Source: Candidatus Latescibacterota bacterium (GTDB lineage Bacteria; Latescibacterota; UBA2968; GCA-2709665). Taken from it: a stretch of DNA of 64,000 nt. Numbering within the stretch: the stretch's first letter is position 1; each line of letters starts with the position of its first letter. The stretch lies in assembly GCA_965116875.1 (NCBI GenBank), contig OZ220733.1, positions 1,920,001 through 1,984,000 on the forward strand. Direction: 5' to 3'. Shown piece after piece: positions 50,442 to 60,826 of this stretch. Under the pieces are notes generated by a model, which saw nothing but the letters and a program-made list of their open reading frames with translations, did not search any database and was not told the origin of the DNA. Both the position numbers and the translations under genes were made by a program.

Positions 50442-50990
50442 TTGAATCTGCTTCGTGCCTACGTCGGCCTTGCGGATCGGCTGAACGAACGGATTGGCGT
50501 TGCCGTATCCTGGCTCACCACGGTCCTCGTGGCGGTTGTCTGTTACGACGTGTTCACGCGCTACCTGATGAAGAGCAGCCTGGTGGCAATACAGGAGCTG
50601 CAATGGCATCTGTTTGCCGTCATTTTTCTTATCGGGGCGGCATATACCCTGAAGCATGGCAAGCATGTGCGGGTGGATGTCTTCTACAACCGCTTCCCGG
50701 CGAAAACACGGGCGTGGGTGGACTTCGTCGGAAGTCTGGTCTTTCTCCTGCCGTTCTGCCTGGTGGCCATCTGGTGTTCTCATACGTTCGTAGCGAACGC
50801 GTTTCTCATCGGCGAAGGTTCGCCCGATCCGGGCGGATTACCCGCGCGGTTCATCCTGAAAGCCGCCATTCCGGTCGGCTTTCTTCTGCTGGCCTTACAG
50901 GGTCTGGCGCTGGCATCTGTTTCGCTTCTCAAAATCGCAGGGAGCGAGGCGATAGACCCTGAAGCGGAACAACAGGGGACCGGCTCATGA
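50442..50990 (+). CDS. TRAP transporter small permease (DctQ-like)
   Basis: QELQWHLF, HVRVD and GEGSPDPGGL. Confidence 0.9.
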   Translation: MNLLRAYVGLADRLNERIGVAVSWLTTVLVAVVCYDVFTRYLMKSSLVAIQELQWHLFAVIFLIGAAYTLKHGKHVRVDVFYNRFPAKTRAWVDFVGSLVFLLPFCLVAIWCSHTFVANAFLIGEGSPDPGGLPARFILKAAIPVGFLLLALQGLALASVSLLKIAGSEAIDPEAEQQGTGS

Positions 50991-52306
50991 TCGAAGCCAT
51001 GCCGCTTATCCTGTTCGGGGTCCTTTTTGTCCTGCTCCTTTTCGGATTTCCCGTTGCATTCACCCTGGGCGGTGTCTCATTCATCCTGGGTTATCTCACC
51101 TTCGGCATGGATTTCTTCAATCTGCTGCCCCTGCGCATCTGGGGCGTGATGACCAACTACGTGCTCATCGCCGTCCCACTGTTCGTGTATATGGGGGTCA
51201 TGCTCGAAAAATCCGGACTCGCCGAGGAACTGCTGGAAACGATGGCGCTGCTCTTCGGCAAGCTCCGTGGCGGCCTTGCCGTTTCTGTCATCGTCGTCGG
51301 CGCCCTTCTGGGCGCTTCCACCGGCATCGTCGGGGCCACCGTTGTCACAATGGGTCTCCTGAGCCTGCCCACCATGCTCAGGCGAGGCTATCGCACCGAA
51401 CTTGCCACCGGCATCATATCCGCGTCCGGCACGCTGGGTCAGATTATCCCGCCCAGCATCGTCCTGGTATTGCTGGGAAGTATTCTGAATATATCCATAG
51501 GCGACATGTTCATTGCCGCGGTGATTCCGGGCCTCTGTCTGGTTATTCTTTACTTGACCTGGATCGTGATCGTCGCTCTGACAAGGCCGGAATCCGCTCC
51601 CGCGATGCCCGGATCGGATCTGGAACGGTTTGTGGGCGCCGTCAGGATCAAACAGACCATCCACGCCTTCCTCCTGCCCGGCCTGCTGATAACGGCCGTC
51701 CTGGGTTCCATCTTTGCCGGAATCGCCTCTCCGACCGAAGCCGCGGCCGTGGGCGCCCTCGGCGCCACCGTCCTTACGTTGTGCAAGCGCAAACTGTCGC
51801 TGGATACCCTCAAGTCGGTTATGGCGGAGACCACGCATCTCACCTGCATGGTATTCATCATCCTGGTGGGCGCCACCGCCTTCGGCCTTGTCTTCAGGGG
51901 ATTGCACGGCGACGCGTACCTCACGCGGCTGATCGTGGAAGCCGACCCGGGGCCGCACGTCTTCCTCGCGCTTGTTATGGTGGTCATATTCGTAGCCGGG
52001 TTCTTCATAGACTTCATTGAGATTACGTTTATTATCGTCCCCGTTGTCGCGCCGATATTCGCACACCTGGGTGTGGACCTTCTCTGGGTGGGCGTCCTCA
52101 TCGCGATGAACCTGCAGACGTCATTTCTGACGCCGCCGTTCGGATTCTCCCTGTTCTACCTGAAAGGGGTCGCGCCGCCCGAAGTGCAGACCGGCCACAT
52201 CTATCGCGGCATCATACCCTTTATCGTCGTTCAGCTTATCGGCCTGACCCTCGTTATCGTTTTTCCCGAAGCCGCCACGTGGCTGCCCCGGTACCTGGCG
52301 TCCTGA
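50987..52306 (+). CDS. TRAP transporter large permease (DctM-like)
   Basis: SGTLGQIIPPS, SPTEAA and SFLTPPFG. Confidence 0.93.
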   Translation: MIEAMPLILFGVLFVLLLFGFPVAFTLGGVSFILGYLTFGMDFFNLLPLRIWGVMTNYVLIAVPLFVYMGVMLEKSGLAEELLETMALLFGKLRGGLAVSVIVVGALLGASTGIVGATVVTMGLLSLPTMLRRGYRTELATGIISASGTLGQIIPPSIVLVLLGSILNISIGDMFIAAVIPGLCLVILYLTWIVIVALTRPESAPAMPGSDLERFVGAVRIKQTIHAFLLPGLLITAVLGSIFAGIASPTEAAAVGALGATVLTLCKRKLSLDTLKSVMAETTHLTCMVFIILVGATAFGLVFRGLHGDAYLTRLIVEADPGPHVFLALVMVVIFVAGFFIDFIEITFIIVPVVAPIFAHLGVDLLWVGVLIAMNLQTSFLTPPFGFSLFYLKGVAPPEVQTGHIYRGIIPFIVVQLIGLTLVIVFPEAATWLPRYLAS

Positions 52307-52320
52307 TGGATCCGAAACGG

Positions 52321-52349
52321 AAAAGGGACGCGGTATTTACGCGTCCCTG
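52321..52349. terminator. Hairpin terminator between convergent TRAP genes
   Basis: AAAAGGGACGCG-gtattta-CGCGTCCCT. Confidence 0.65.
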
Positions 52350-52381
52350 TACGCCATCACATCTGTCGTTAACGACCGTTG

Positions 52382-53503
52382 CTATCCGCCGATAGCGGAA
52401 TAGTACAGCTTCTCCGACAGCGCCGCCCACGGATTGATTTTCTTTCGGAACGCGTCGAAGGAAGCGTAGACCTTTTTGCTCATCGGATCGCCTTCAGCCA
52501 CCTCGTTTTCGACTTCCACGGAGAATCCGCGCAGCGCCTTGAGGACCTCGTCCGAAAACCTGCGCAACTCGACGTCGTGTTCGTTCGTGAGTTTCTCCAG
52601 GTAGACGCTGTTCTTGGCCTCGAATTCCGAGAGCATCCAACCATTGGATCGGGCGGCGGCCGTCTCCACAACCCGCTGCAGGTCCAATGGCAGTTGTCCG
52701 AACGCGGTCCTGTTGACGATCAGTTCCAGCGCGGTGCCGGGCTCGTGCCATCCCGGATAGTAGTAGTATTTCGCGGCCCTGAAAAATCCCATCAAATAGT
52801 CATGATAGGGTCCGATCCATTCGGTTGCATCGATGACACCGCGTTCCAGGTTGGTGTAGATTTCACCTCCGGCAGAAAGCACAGCGGATCCGCCGGCTTT
52901 GGCGATGACCTTTCCGCCGAGCCCCGGGATCCGCATCTTCAGGCCCTGAAAATCGGCGATGCCGTTCATTTCACGATTATACCAGCCGCCCATCTGGACG
53001 CCCGTATTGCCCACCGGCATCGCGACCAGATTGAACGGAGCATACAGTTCCTGCCAGAGCGCCAGCCCGCCGCCGCTGTAAATCCAAGCGTTGAGCTGCT
53101 GCCCGTTCATGCCGAATGGAACCGCCGCGAAAAACTGAGTTGCCGGCGCTTTCCCTGCCCAGTAATACGCGGCGCCGTGGCACATCTCAACGGTCCCCTG
53201 GCTGACGGCGTCGAAACCTTCGAGCGGTGGAATCAGCTCGCCGCCGCCGTAAACCGTAATTTTCAACTGTCCGCCGGACATCTCGTCGATCCATTTGGCC
53301 AGCATGTCCGCGCCTTCGCCAAGAATGGGGAAATGCGGCGGCCAGGTGGTTACCATTTTCCATTCGAATTTCTTCCTGGTATGTACCGCCGGCGCGTCCG
53401 GTTTTTCGTCTGAGGCGGGGCTGCAGCCGGTCAGGGCCGCAACGCCGCCGGCAACTCCGACGGAAGCTTTTTTTAAGAAATCCCGTCGTTCGAACTTCTC
53501 CAT
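52382..53503 (-). CDS. TRAP substrate-binding protein (DctP/TakP-like), Tat lipoprotein
   Basis: RRDFLK, lipobox LTGC, LKMRIPG and YYYYPGWHEP. Confidence 0.92.
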   Translation of the reverse strand: MEKFERRDFLKKASVGVAGGVAALTGCSPASDEKPDAPAVHTRKKFEWKMVTTWPPHFPILGEGADMLAKWIDEMSGGQLKITVYGGGELIPPLEGFDAVSQGTVEMCHGAAYYWAGKAPATQFFAAVPFGMNGQQLNAWIYSGGGLALWQELYAPFNLVAMPVGNTGVQMGGWYNREMNGIADFQGLKMRIPGLGGKVIAKAGGSAVLSAGGEIYTNLERGVIDATEWIGPYHDYLMGFFRAAKYYYYPGWHEPGTALELIVNRTAFGQLPLDLQRVVETAAARSNGWMLSEFEAKNSVYLEKLTNEHDVELRRFSDEVLKALRGFSVEVENEVAEGDPMSKKVYASFDAFRKKINPWAALSEKLYYSAIGG

Positions 53504-53646
53504 TTAACGCCTCCACGCAAGAGTCCGTCACAACAAAGGCAGGCTGTCAATCAACGAGACAAGGTAGGTCGTACAGGTCTCTATCGCAAGAATTATGAGA
53601 ACCCCCGTACTCCTCCACTACGGCGAGCGGGGGTAGGGAGAATACA

Positions 53647-56382
53647 ATGAGCGAGGCAGACAAAAAGCTTTACCTGCTGGACGGAATGGCGCTGGTCTAC
53701 CGGGCCCATTTTTCAATGATCCGCAACCCGCGCATGTCCTCCACCGGCCTGAATACCTCAACGGTATTCGTGCTTACCAACACCCTTCTGGATATTCTTT
53801 CCAACGCGGACCCCTCGCACATCGGCGTTGTCTTCGACACGCCCGAGCCAACCCACCGGCACCGGATGTTTCCCGAATACAAGGCTCAGCGCGAGGCTAT
53901 GCCCGAGGACCTCAGCGTGGCGCTTCCTTACGTCTTTCGCCTGTGCGAAGCGTTCAACCTGCCGGTTGTCAGGGTCCCCGGATGGGAGGCGGACGATGTG
54001 ATCGGGACCCTTGCCAAACAGGCGGAGAAAGCCGGCTTTACCACCTATATGGTTACGCCTGACAAGGACTACGGTCAGCTGGTTTCCGACCGCACCTTTG
54101 TCTGCAAACCCGGCCGCACCGGCGACGTTGAAGTTCAGGGCGTTCCGGAAATCCTGGAAAAGTGGCAGATCGAACGCGTGGACCAGGTGATCGATATCCT
54201 GGGCCTGATGGGCGACAGTTCGGACAACGTGCCCGGTGTGCCCGGAGTCGGTGAAAAGACGGCGCAGAAACTGATCGGAAAGTATGACAGCGTCGAAAAC
54301 CTGCTCGACCACGTGGATGAACTCAAGGGAAAGCAGAAGGAACGCATTGAAGAAAACCGCGAACAGGCGCTGCTCTCCAAGAAGCTGGTCACCATCGAGC
54401 GCGACGTGGTGCTGGAAGTGAGGCCGGAGGACCTGGAACGTGCGGAATGGGACAAGGGGAAGTTACAGGCGTTGTTCGTGGAGCTGGAGTTCAATACGCT
54501 CGGTCAGCGTCTGTTCGGCGAATCGTTCAAGGCAGGTCCCACGGCCGCCACTGACGAGGTTGGAGGCGACGTACGGACCATCGAAGACGTGGAACACGAC
54601 TATAGACTGGTTGACACCGCGGAGTCGAGAAAGGAACTCATCTCCGCGTTGACAGAAAAAAAAGCGTTCTGTTTCGACATCGAAACCACCGGTCTGAATC
54701 CCAAGACATGCGAACTGATCGGCCTGGCCTTTTCGTACGAGCCGCACACCGGATATTACGTGCCTCTGCCCGCGGTTCCGGACGAAGCCCTCGCAATCCT
54801 GGAGGCGTTCCGGCCCGTTCTGGAGAATCCCGACATCGAAAAAATCGGCCACCACCTGAAATTCGATCTCAGCGTGTTGCGCTGGAAGGGGTTTCGAGTC
54901 AACGGACCGCTGTTCGACACCATGCTTGCCGCCTATCTGGCAACACCGGACCTTCGCCGCACTATGGACTATCTCTCCGAAGCCCTTCTGGGATACCGCC
55001 CCATTCCGATATCCGATCTCATCGGCGAGAAGGGCGAGGACCAGTTGAGTCTCACCGACGTCCCCCTGGACAGGGTGACCACGTACGCGGCGGAAGATGC
55101 TGACGTCACCGTTCAACTGAGCGAAATCCTGAGGGCCAGGCTCGACGAGATGGGACAGGTGCGGGTGTTCCGCGACGTGGAATGTCCGCTCATCCCCGCC
55201 CTGGTCGAAATGGAATTCGAAGGCATCCGGTGTGAAGCCGGCGTGCTTCGGGACCTGTCAGAAGGGCTCGCCGGCGAAATCGGGCGCGCCAGGGAGAGTA
55301 TCTTCCAACTGGCCGGAGAGAACTTCGATCTTAACTCTCCCAGGCAATTGGGTGACATTCTCTTCGATAAATTGAAGCTGGATCCGAATGCCCGCCGCAC
55401 GGCCAGGACCAAACAGTACCAGACCACGGAGCAGGTCCTGAGGCGGCTGGCGTATAAGCATGAAATCGTGGAACAGGTGATGTTCTACAGGATGTGCACC
55501 AAATTGAAATCGACCTACGTGGACCAGCTTCCCGGGTCGATCTTCAAACCCACGGGCCGTATCCATACAAACTATGAAGCGGCGGTGGCCGCCACGGGAC
55601 GGCTGCAGTCCCACGGACCCAACATGCAGAATATCCCCATTCGCACCGAAATGGGCAGGGAAGTGCGTAAGGCCTTCGTACCGCGCGACGAAGACCACGT
55701 GCTGCTCGCGGCGGACTACTCGCAGATCGAACTCCGGGTCGCCGCGGAAATCAGCGGAGACGAAGCCCTTACGGAAGTCTTCCGGCAGGGCGGAGATATT
55801 CACACGGCCACCGCCGAGAGAATCTACGGTATCGAAGGCGCAACCGAGGAGATGCGGCGTCACGCGAAAACCGTCAATTTTGGCATCATCTACGGTATCT
55901 CGGCCTTCGGTCTGGCGGACCGCCTGGACATTACCCGAACGCAGGCCGCGGAACTTATCGACCACTACTTCGACCAGTTTCCCGGCATCCGGACCTACAT
56001 GGACGAAACCATCGAGTTCGCCCGGCAAAACGGTTACGTCGAGACGGTCACCGGACGCCGCCGGTACCTGCGCGACATCAATTCCCGCAACGCGACCACT
56101 CGAAGGGGCGAAGAACGAAACGCCATCAACTCGCGCATCCAGGGCACGGCCGCGGATATGATCAAACTCGCGATGAGCCATATCCATCGCGAAGTCCTGG
56201 AACGCGGCCTCAAATCGCGAATGCTCCTGCAGGTGCACGACGAACTGGTATTCGATATGCACAAAGACGAAGCGGAGACTCTGCCAGGCATCGTGGAACA
56301 CGGGATGAAGTCCGCCATTCCAATGCAGGTCCCCATCGTGGTGGAGATGGGCACCGGTTCGAACTGGCTGGACGCGCATTGA
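53647..56382 (+). CDS. polA: DNA polymerase I
   Basis: 5'-exonuclease EADD and GDSSDN; 3'-exonuclease FDIET; DYSQIELR, AKTVNFGIIYG, LQVHDEL. Confidence 0.98.
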   Translation: MSEADKKLYLLDGMALVYRAHFSMIRNPRMSSTGLNTSTVFVLTNTLLDILSNADPSHIGVVFDTPEPTHRHRMFPEYKAQREAMPEDLSVALPYVFRLCEAFNLPVVRVPGWEADDVIGTLAKQAEKAGFTTYMVTPDKDYGQLVSDRTFVCKPGRTGDVEVQGVPEILEKWQIERVDQVIDILGLMGDSSDNVPGVPGVGEKTAQKLIGKYDSVENLLDHVDELKGKQKERIEENREQALLSKKLVTIERDVVLEVRPEDLERAEWDKGKLQALFVELEFNTLGQRLFGESFKAGPTAATDEVGGDVRTIEDVEHDYRLVDTAESRKELISALTEKKAFCFDIETTGLNPKTCELIGLAFSYEPHTGYYVPLPAVPDEALAILEAFRPVLENPDIEKIGHHLKFDLSVLRWKGFRVNGPLFDTMLAAYLATPDLRRTMDYLSEALLGYRPIPISDLIGEKGEDQLSLTDVPLDRVTTYAAEDADVTVQLSEILRARLDEMGQVRVFRDVECPLIPALVEMEFEGIRCEAGVLRDLSEGLAGEIGRARESIFQLAGENFDLNSPRQLGDILFDKLKLDPNARRTARTKQYQTTEQVLRRLAYKHEIVEQVMFYRMCTKLKSTYVDQLPGSIFKPTGRIHTNYEAAVAATGRLQSHGPNMQNIPIRTEMGREVRKAFVPRDEDHVLLAADYSQIELRVAAEISGDEALTEVFRQGGDIHTATAERIYGIEGATEEMRRHAKTVNFGIIYGISAFGLADRLDITRTQAAELIDHYFDQFPGIRTYMDETIEFARQNGYVETVTGRRRYLRDINSRNATTRRGEERNAINSRIQGTAADMIKLAMSHIHREVLERGLKSRMLLQVHDELVFDMHKDEAETLPGIVEHGMKSAIPMQVPIVVEMGTGSNWLDAH

Positions 56383-56462
56383 TATCCGTTGCCTGCGACA
56401 AAATGCCGCCGCCTCATGCCATCGAAATGATGCACGCGGCGCCAGGTTTTGCGGGTTGTCTG

Positions 56463-56490
56463 TTGACAGCAACCGATTTTGGATTAGATT
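56463..56490 (+). promoter_or_regulatory. Putative sigma70 promoter
   Basis: TTGACA-16bp-TAGATT upstream of 56589. Confidence 0.4.
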
Positions 56491-56588
56491 TTTTGTGCGA
56501 TACACGCGAAAATGAAACAGCCTCGCCACCGTCTGCCACGCGATTTGTATCGATTACGGCTTAATCCAAACCGAGATACGGGGACTCT

Positions 56589-57818
56589 ATGAAATCGATC
56601 GCATACATTGTCCTGTTGGGGAGTCTACCTTGCTTGTCGGCGGTCTTTGCAGAAGTCAGCTCCGCCAATGCCCAGGAAACGGTCGTGACGGCCGGCGACG
56701 TCAAGGACCCCGCAACCCTGCGGGCGTTCGTGGAATACGCGAAAACGCAACTGGATGACGTCGCCGCCGCCGCCGAACTGGCCGTCATATGGAGCAGTAT
56801 GCGTCTCGAGGGGGACTGGAAGTCAGACAATACATACCTGATTGTTCTCAACAGCCGGGGGTCCGTGCTGTTCCATGCCGATCAGCCCGATGTAGAGGGG
56901 AAAACCCTGCGCTGGCTCGTCGACGCCAGGAGAGACAGCATTGGAAAGAATTTCCTCACGGAAGCGGCTGCCGGGGGCGGTTTTGTGGGTTACTATTGGG
57001 ACGATCCCGACGTTGAGGGAGACGACAGCGGCCATCCCAAGGTGGCCTATGCCACGCAGTTCTTCTCGGAGGTAACCGATGAAAACTATGTTCTGGTCGG
57101 CGGTTTTTACCAGATCCTGCCGGATCTGCCCGCTGGCGATCCCGTTTCCGTACCCCGCCCGGACATCACGGCCGGGGAAGTGGTGGACCGGGAGACCCTG
57201 AAGGCGTTTGTGGAAAGCGCCCTCAAGGCGTTTTCCATTGCGCTTGAGCGTATCGGGCTGGAGAAACTTACGACCATTCAGGAAGTCTTCAGAGTCGAAG
57301 GCGGGCACTGGAAACACGGCTCGATCTACGCATTCGTCTTTACAACCGGTGGGTTCCTGGTCTTTCACGGGGCGGATCCCGAGCGAGAGGGGAGAGTCAT
57401 CAACTTCGACCTTGAAGATGCCAACGGCGTAAAGATCGTACAGGAAATCATGAAAGCGGCGCGGGAAGGCGGTGGCTACGTCGAGTATGTCTGGGACGAT
57501 CCCGCGGTGGATGAGGACGGAGACGGCGAGTTGCGGGGCGATTCGGTCGGCTCATTCAAGGTGAGTTACGCGTTGCTCCATACCCATCTCGGCGAAGAAT
57601 ACATCATCGGCGCCGGCATCTATCGGCGCGGGCCGGACTTCGACGAAGACGGTTCAGTGGGCTTCAGCGACTTTCTTCTGTTTGCAAGCCACTTCGGACT
57701 GAACAGGAATGACGCGGGTTTCGACGGTCTTTACGATCTGAACAGCGATGGCGAGATCGCGTTTGCTGATTTCGTGCTCTTTTCCATGGATTTCGGCAAA
57801 CGTGTGCATTCGAATTGA
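56589..57818 (+). CDS. Secreted tandem Cache-domain protein with C-terminal dockerin/EF-hand-like module
   Basis: Signal peptide; two repeats TL.AFV...G.WK...Y...G...FH...D...GGG.V.Y.WDDP; C-terminal DFDEDGSVGFSDF / DLNSDGEIAFADF. Confidence 0.75.
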   Translation: MKSIAYIVLLGSLPCLSAVFAEVSSANAQETVVTAGDVKDPATLRAFVEYAKTQLDDVAAAAELAVIWSSMRLEGDWKSDNTYLIVLNSRGSVLFHADQPDVEGKTLRWLVDARRDSIGKNFLTEAAAGGGFVGYYWDDPDVEGDDSGHPKVAYATQFFSEVTDENYVLVGGFYQILPDLPAGDPVSVPRPDITAGEVVDRETLKAFVESALKAFSIALERIGLEKLTTIQEVFRVEGGHWKHGSIYAFVFTTGGFLVFHGADPEREGRVINFDLEDANGVKIVQEIMKAAREGGGYVEYVWDDPAVDEDGDGELRGDSVGSFKVSYALLHTHLGEEYIIGAGIYRRGPDFDEDGSVGFSDFLLFASHFGLNRNDAGFDGLYDLNSDGEIAFADFVLFSMDFGKRVHSN

Positions 57819-57991
57819 CAGCACCCGGCACACGGGTTGTTTTTGTGGTTTAAATGGCTCGAACGGGAGGCGGTAAGGCGCGAAATAAAGGGAGGATTTT
57901 ATCGATTTGAGATGAGGCAACGGGCGAGTCGTCCGTTCCTTCTCTGTCGCAGCTATGCGAAAAGATAATGCGACGCGCGAGGAACCCACCC

Positions 57992-58032
57992 ACACAAAGA
58001 GGGCCGTGTGATTCACACGGCCCTCTTTGTGT
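57992..58032. terminator. Perfect 19-bp-stem hairpin between convergent genes
   Basis: ACACAAAGAGGGCCGTGTG-att-CACACGGCCCTCTTTGTGT. Confidence 0.75.
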
Positions 58033-58072
58033 ATTGAGAAAGGATCTCGGTTATTCGCTGAAAACGTCGTTC

Positions 58073-60430
58073 TCAGTTGACAGTGAACGTGTTCTCGCTG
58101 GCGTACGTCCCCCTTTCGCCGTCGATGGTAATCTCGGCGACCATCCGGTATTCCCCGGCGCCGGATGTCGAGTAAGGGCAAAGGCCCACGCGCAGCGTTC
58201 GTTCAATATCCTCCCATGAGTCGCCCTCTTTGCGCTGCCATTTCGACGTGTGTGTCGTGTACGCCGAATCCCCGATGGATATGCCAATCAGCGTGATGCA
58301 TTGCTCTGTTGTCGACAGTGCCAGGAATTGCACCCCTCCGTTCGATACACGAAGCCCGGCCAGCGGTTCGATTTCCGCGGGCGTGGTTGCGCCTTCCTCG
58401 CAATTCTCTCCGGTGGTGCGGTCGATGTCAGCCAGCCACGACTGAAAGCCCTCGTCGAGCGGCGCGCACAGCCCGGTGGCGTGAAACTGAAGGTCTTCCA
58501 TCCCGCTCAGATTGGTAAGGCTGAACGGCAGCGCGCCATTCAGGTCCGCATTATCGTTGACCCACAACTGCGCGAGGTCGGACAGGTTTCCCATGGATTC
58601 AGGCAGCTCGCCGCTCAACATATTTTCGGACAGATCCAGCCAAACCAGGGTGGTCAATTTTCCCAATTCCGAGGGTATCGGTCCGGTCAACTTGTTGGCG
58701 GCGATCCAGGCCACCTCCAGGGAGGACATATCGGCCAGCGCACCCGGTAACTCGCCGGTCAGCTCATTCTCATCGAGTTCCAACCACCTGAGTTCGTCCA
58801 GGGCGCCGAATTCCGACGGAATCTCGCCGGTCAGCTTATTCTCGTTAAGCCTGAGCACCTCAAGGACGGCAATATCGGCCAACCCTGGAGGAATGGCTCC
58901 GGAGAGTTCATTTTCGTTCAGGTAGAGCCGCTGGAGGTGGTTCAGGTTGCCAAACGCCCCGGGAATCTCACCGGACAGTTTATTCGTGCTGAGCCATATG
59001 CTATTCACGTTGACCATATCGCCCAGTTCGGCGGGTATGGCGCCGTTCAGTTCGTTTTCCGAGAAATCCAGAAATAACAGATTCGTCAGCTTGCCCAATT
59101 CCGCGGGTATTTCACCGCTCAACTCGTTCTTCCAGATCCACAGGATCTTGAGATTGGAAAGGTTTCCCAGTTCCGCGGGTACCGAACCGCTAAGTTCGTT
59201 TTCGTCGAAATTCAGCCAACGCAGTTCAGAAAGGTCCCCGAGTTGTGCGGGTATGGTTCCGCTCAACTGGTTGGCATTGAGAGCTAACCATCTGAGATTG
59301 GAAAGGTTTCCCAGTTCGGCGGGAATCGTACCACTCAACGCATTTCGGTGCAGAAAGAGGACTTCATTACGGGTGAGATTTCCCAATTCTGGAGGAATGG
59401 GGCCGGAAAGGCCATTCCTCTGAAGGTAAAGGCGTCTGAGATGGGAGAGGCCGCCCAGTTCAGTCGGGATTTCGCCCGTGAGGTTGTTTTCGCTCAGATT
59501 GACGACCGAGACGCGACCGTCGAAGGCGATGACGCCATGCCACGTGGAAACGTGTTTGTCGGTGAGCCAGTTCGTCCGTTCCGTCCAGTTGTCACCGCCT
59601 GTCGACCGGTACAGCGCCACCAGGGCGTCGCGCTCGGCGGGGTCGACGAGCGGTGTGGGCGGCGGGAGTTCCTTTCCGAACTGGGCGGAGAATTTGAGAA
59701 AATCTCCGAGTTCGACCGATCCGTCGTCATCCAGGTCGAAACGTCCATCAAAGGAATCGTCCTCCTGCTGAAACCCGAAATGACTCGCGAACAGCAGAAA
59801 GTCGGATAACCCGACCGTACCGTCCCCGTCGAAGTCGGCACGATGCACGTCAAGGCCGGACGACGGGGCCGCTGTACTGTCCTGGAGGGAAATATCGACG
59901 TCCAGCGACGCGGTTTCCTTCCGGTATCGGCCCAGGGAGATTTCACCGTGGTCCAACCGGATCGTGGTGCTCGAAAAAGACTCAGACGTGCGAAAACGTG
60001 CGGTCCCCACGAGGCCGGTTCTGGGCGTGGTGCGGCTGGCAAACGGCCAGACGGTAATCTCCACGGACGTCGGATGGGTTTCTTCCTTCGTAACCGCTAC
60101 GGCATTGGTCATGATTCCGCCAACGTCGAACCCGTCGAAGAGGACCTGGCGCGCGTCGAACTGGAAGCGCATCGAGACGGCGGTTGCCCCCTGTATGTCG
60201 TCGCCGAACACCTGTATGGAGACGATGTCTTCGGCGGAGACTTCAAGTGACGTCGCGGCCTGATCGCCATCCGCGCCATCCAGATCGGGAGAAAGCGAAA
60301 ACGGCCCCTGGGAAGAAACCGGCTGCGGGCAAATCCACACGACCAGGGCAATGATTACAATGAACAACCCCAGCCCCACACCGAGATTTCGGGCGGACCA
60401 ACGAGAGGAATGAATTTTCCATTCGGACAT
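58073..60430 (-). CDS. Secreted cohesin-like + dockerin-like + plant-type LRR protein
   Basis: About 14 LRRs of 24 aa (LxxLxLxxNxLSGxIPxELGx); DFDGDGTVGLSDF / DLDDDGSVELGDF; N-terminal RFQFDARQV...GLVGTARF. Confidence 0.85.
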   Translation of the reverse strand: MSEWKIHSSRWSARNLGVGLGLFIVIIALVVWICPQPVSSQGPFSLSPDLDGADGDQAATSLEVSAEDIVSIQVFGDDIQGATAVSMRFQFDARQVLFDGFDVGGIMTNAVAVTKEETHPTSVEITVWPFASRTTPRTGLVGTARFRTSESFSSTTIRLDHGEISLGRYRKETASLDVDISLQDSTAAPSSGLDVHRADFDGDGTVGLSDFLLFASHFGFQQEDDSFDGRFDLDDDGSVELGDFLKFSAQFGKELPPPTPLVDPAERDALVALYRSTGGDNWTERTNWLTDKHVSTWHGVIAFDGRVSVVNLSENNLTGEIPTELGGLSHLRRLYLQRNGLSGPIPPELGNLTRNEVLFLHRNALSGTIPAELGNLSNLRWLALNANQLSGTIPAQLGDLSELRWLNFDENELSGSVPAELGNLSNLKILWIWKNELSGEIPAELGKLTNLLFLDFSENELNGAIPAELGDMVNVNSIWLSTNKLSGEIPGAFGNLNHLQRLYLNENELSGAIPPGLADIAVLEVLRLNENKLTGEIPSEFGALDELRWLELDENELTGELPGALADMSSLEVAWIAANKLTGPIPSELGKLTTLVWLDLSENMLSGELPESMGNLSDLAQLWVNDNADLNGALPFSLTNLSGMEDLQFHATGLCAPLDEGFQSWLADIDRTTGENCEEGATTPAEIEPLAGLRVSNGGVQFLALSTTEQCITLIGISIGDSAYTTHTSKWQRKEGDSWEDIERTLRVGLCPYSTSGAGEYRMVAEITIDGERGTYASENTFTVN

Positions 60431-60826
60431 GGATTGGATTCTCCGGATGCAATGCAGTCGTTCTGTTATCTCACATTTAACATAAGGGATTCAAAAGATT
60501 TCAACAAGAGCATTGCAGGTTGAACGCTGATCACAGATTCGAATTCGGCATGGCCCTTCTTTCCCCGAGTCGGTGAATCGACCCAACGCCTGACAGGTAC
60601 AATTCGATCACCTGACATAGCCGCCGGACCTGGAGATATCAATGGAAGAGTACCTCGTCGATTTACACAGCGAATTCGTTGACGACGGAATCGTTGCGAG
60701 ATCGACTTCCACGATATAAATCCTCCTCCCGGTACTGGTACACTTCCGGCAATCCGCAACGGGACGCCCTCGCGACAGAATTCTCACCGAAAGCGGCACT
60801 TTCCACCCGTCCGCAGCGTCCGACCC

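Noticed and set aside
58500-59500. 72-bp periodic DNA repeats as a DGR or CRISPR signal
   Set aside because: Explained by LRR coding repeats; no reverse transcriptase or template repeat seen
60431-60826. Riboswitch or ncRNA in the long intergenic region
   Set aside because: No family consensus recognisable by eye; an Rfam/Infernal scan would be needed
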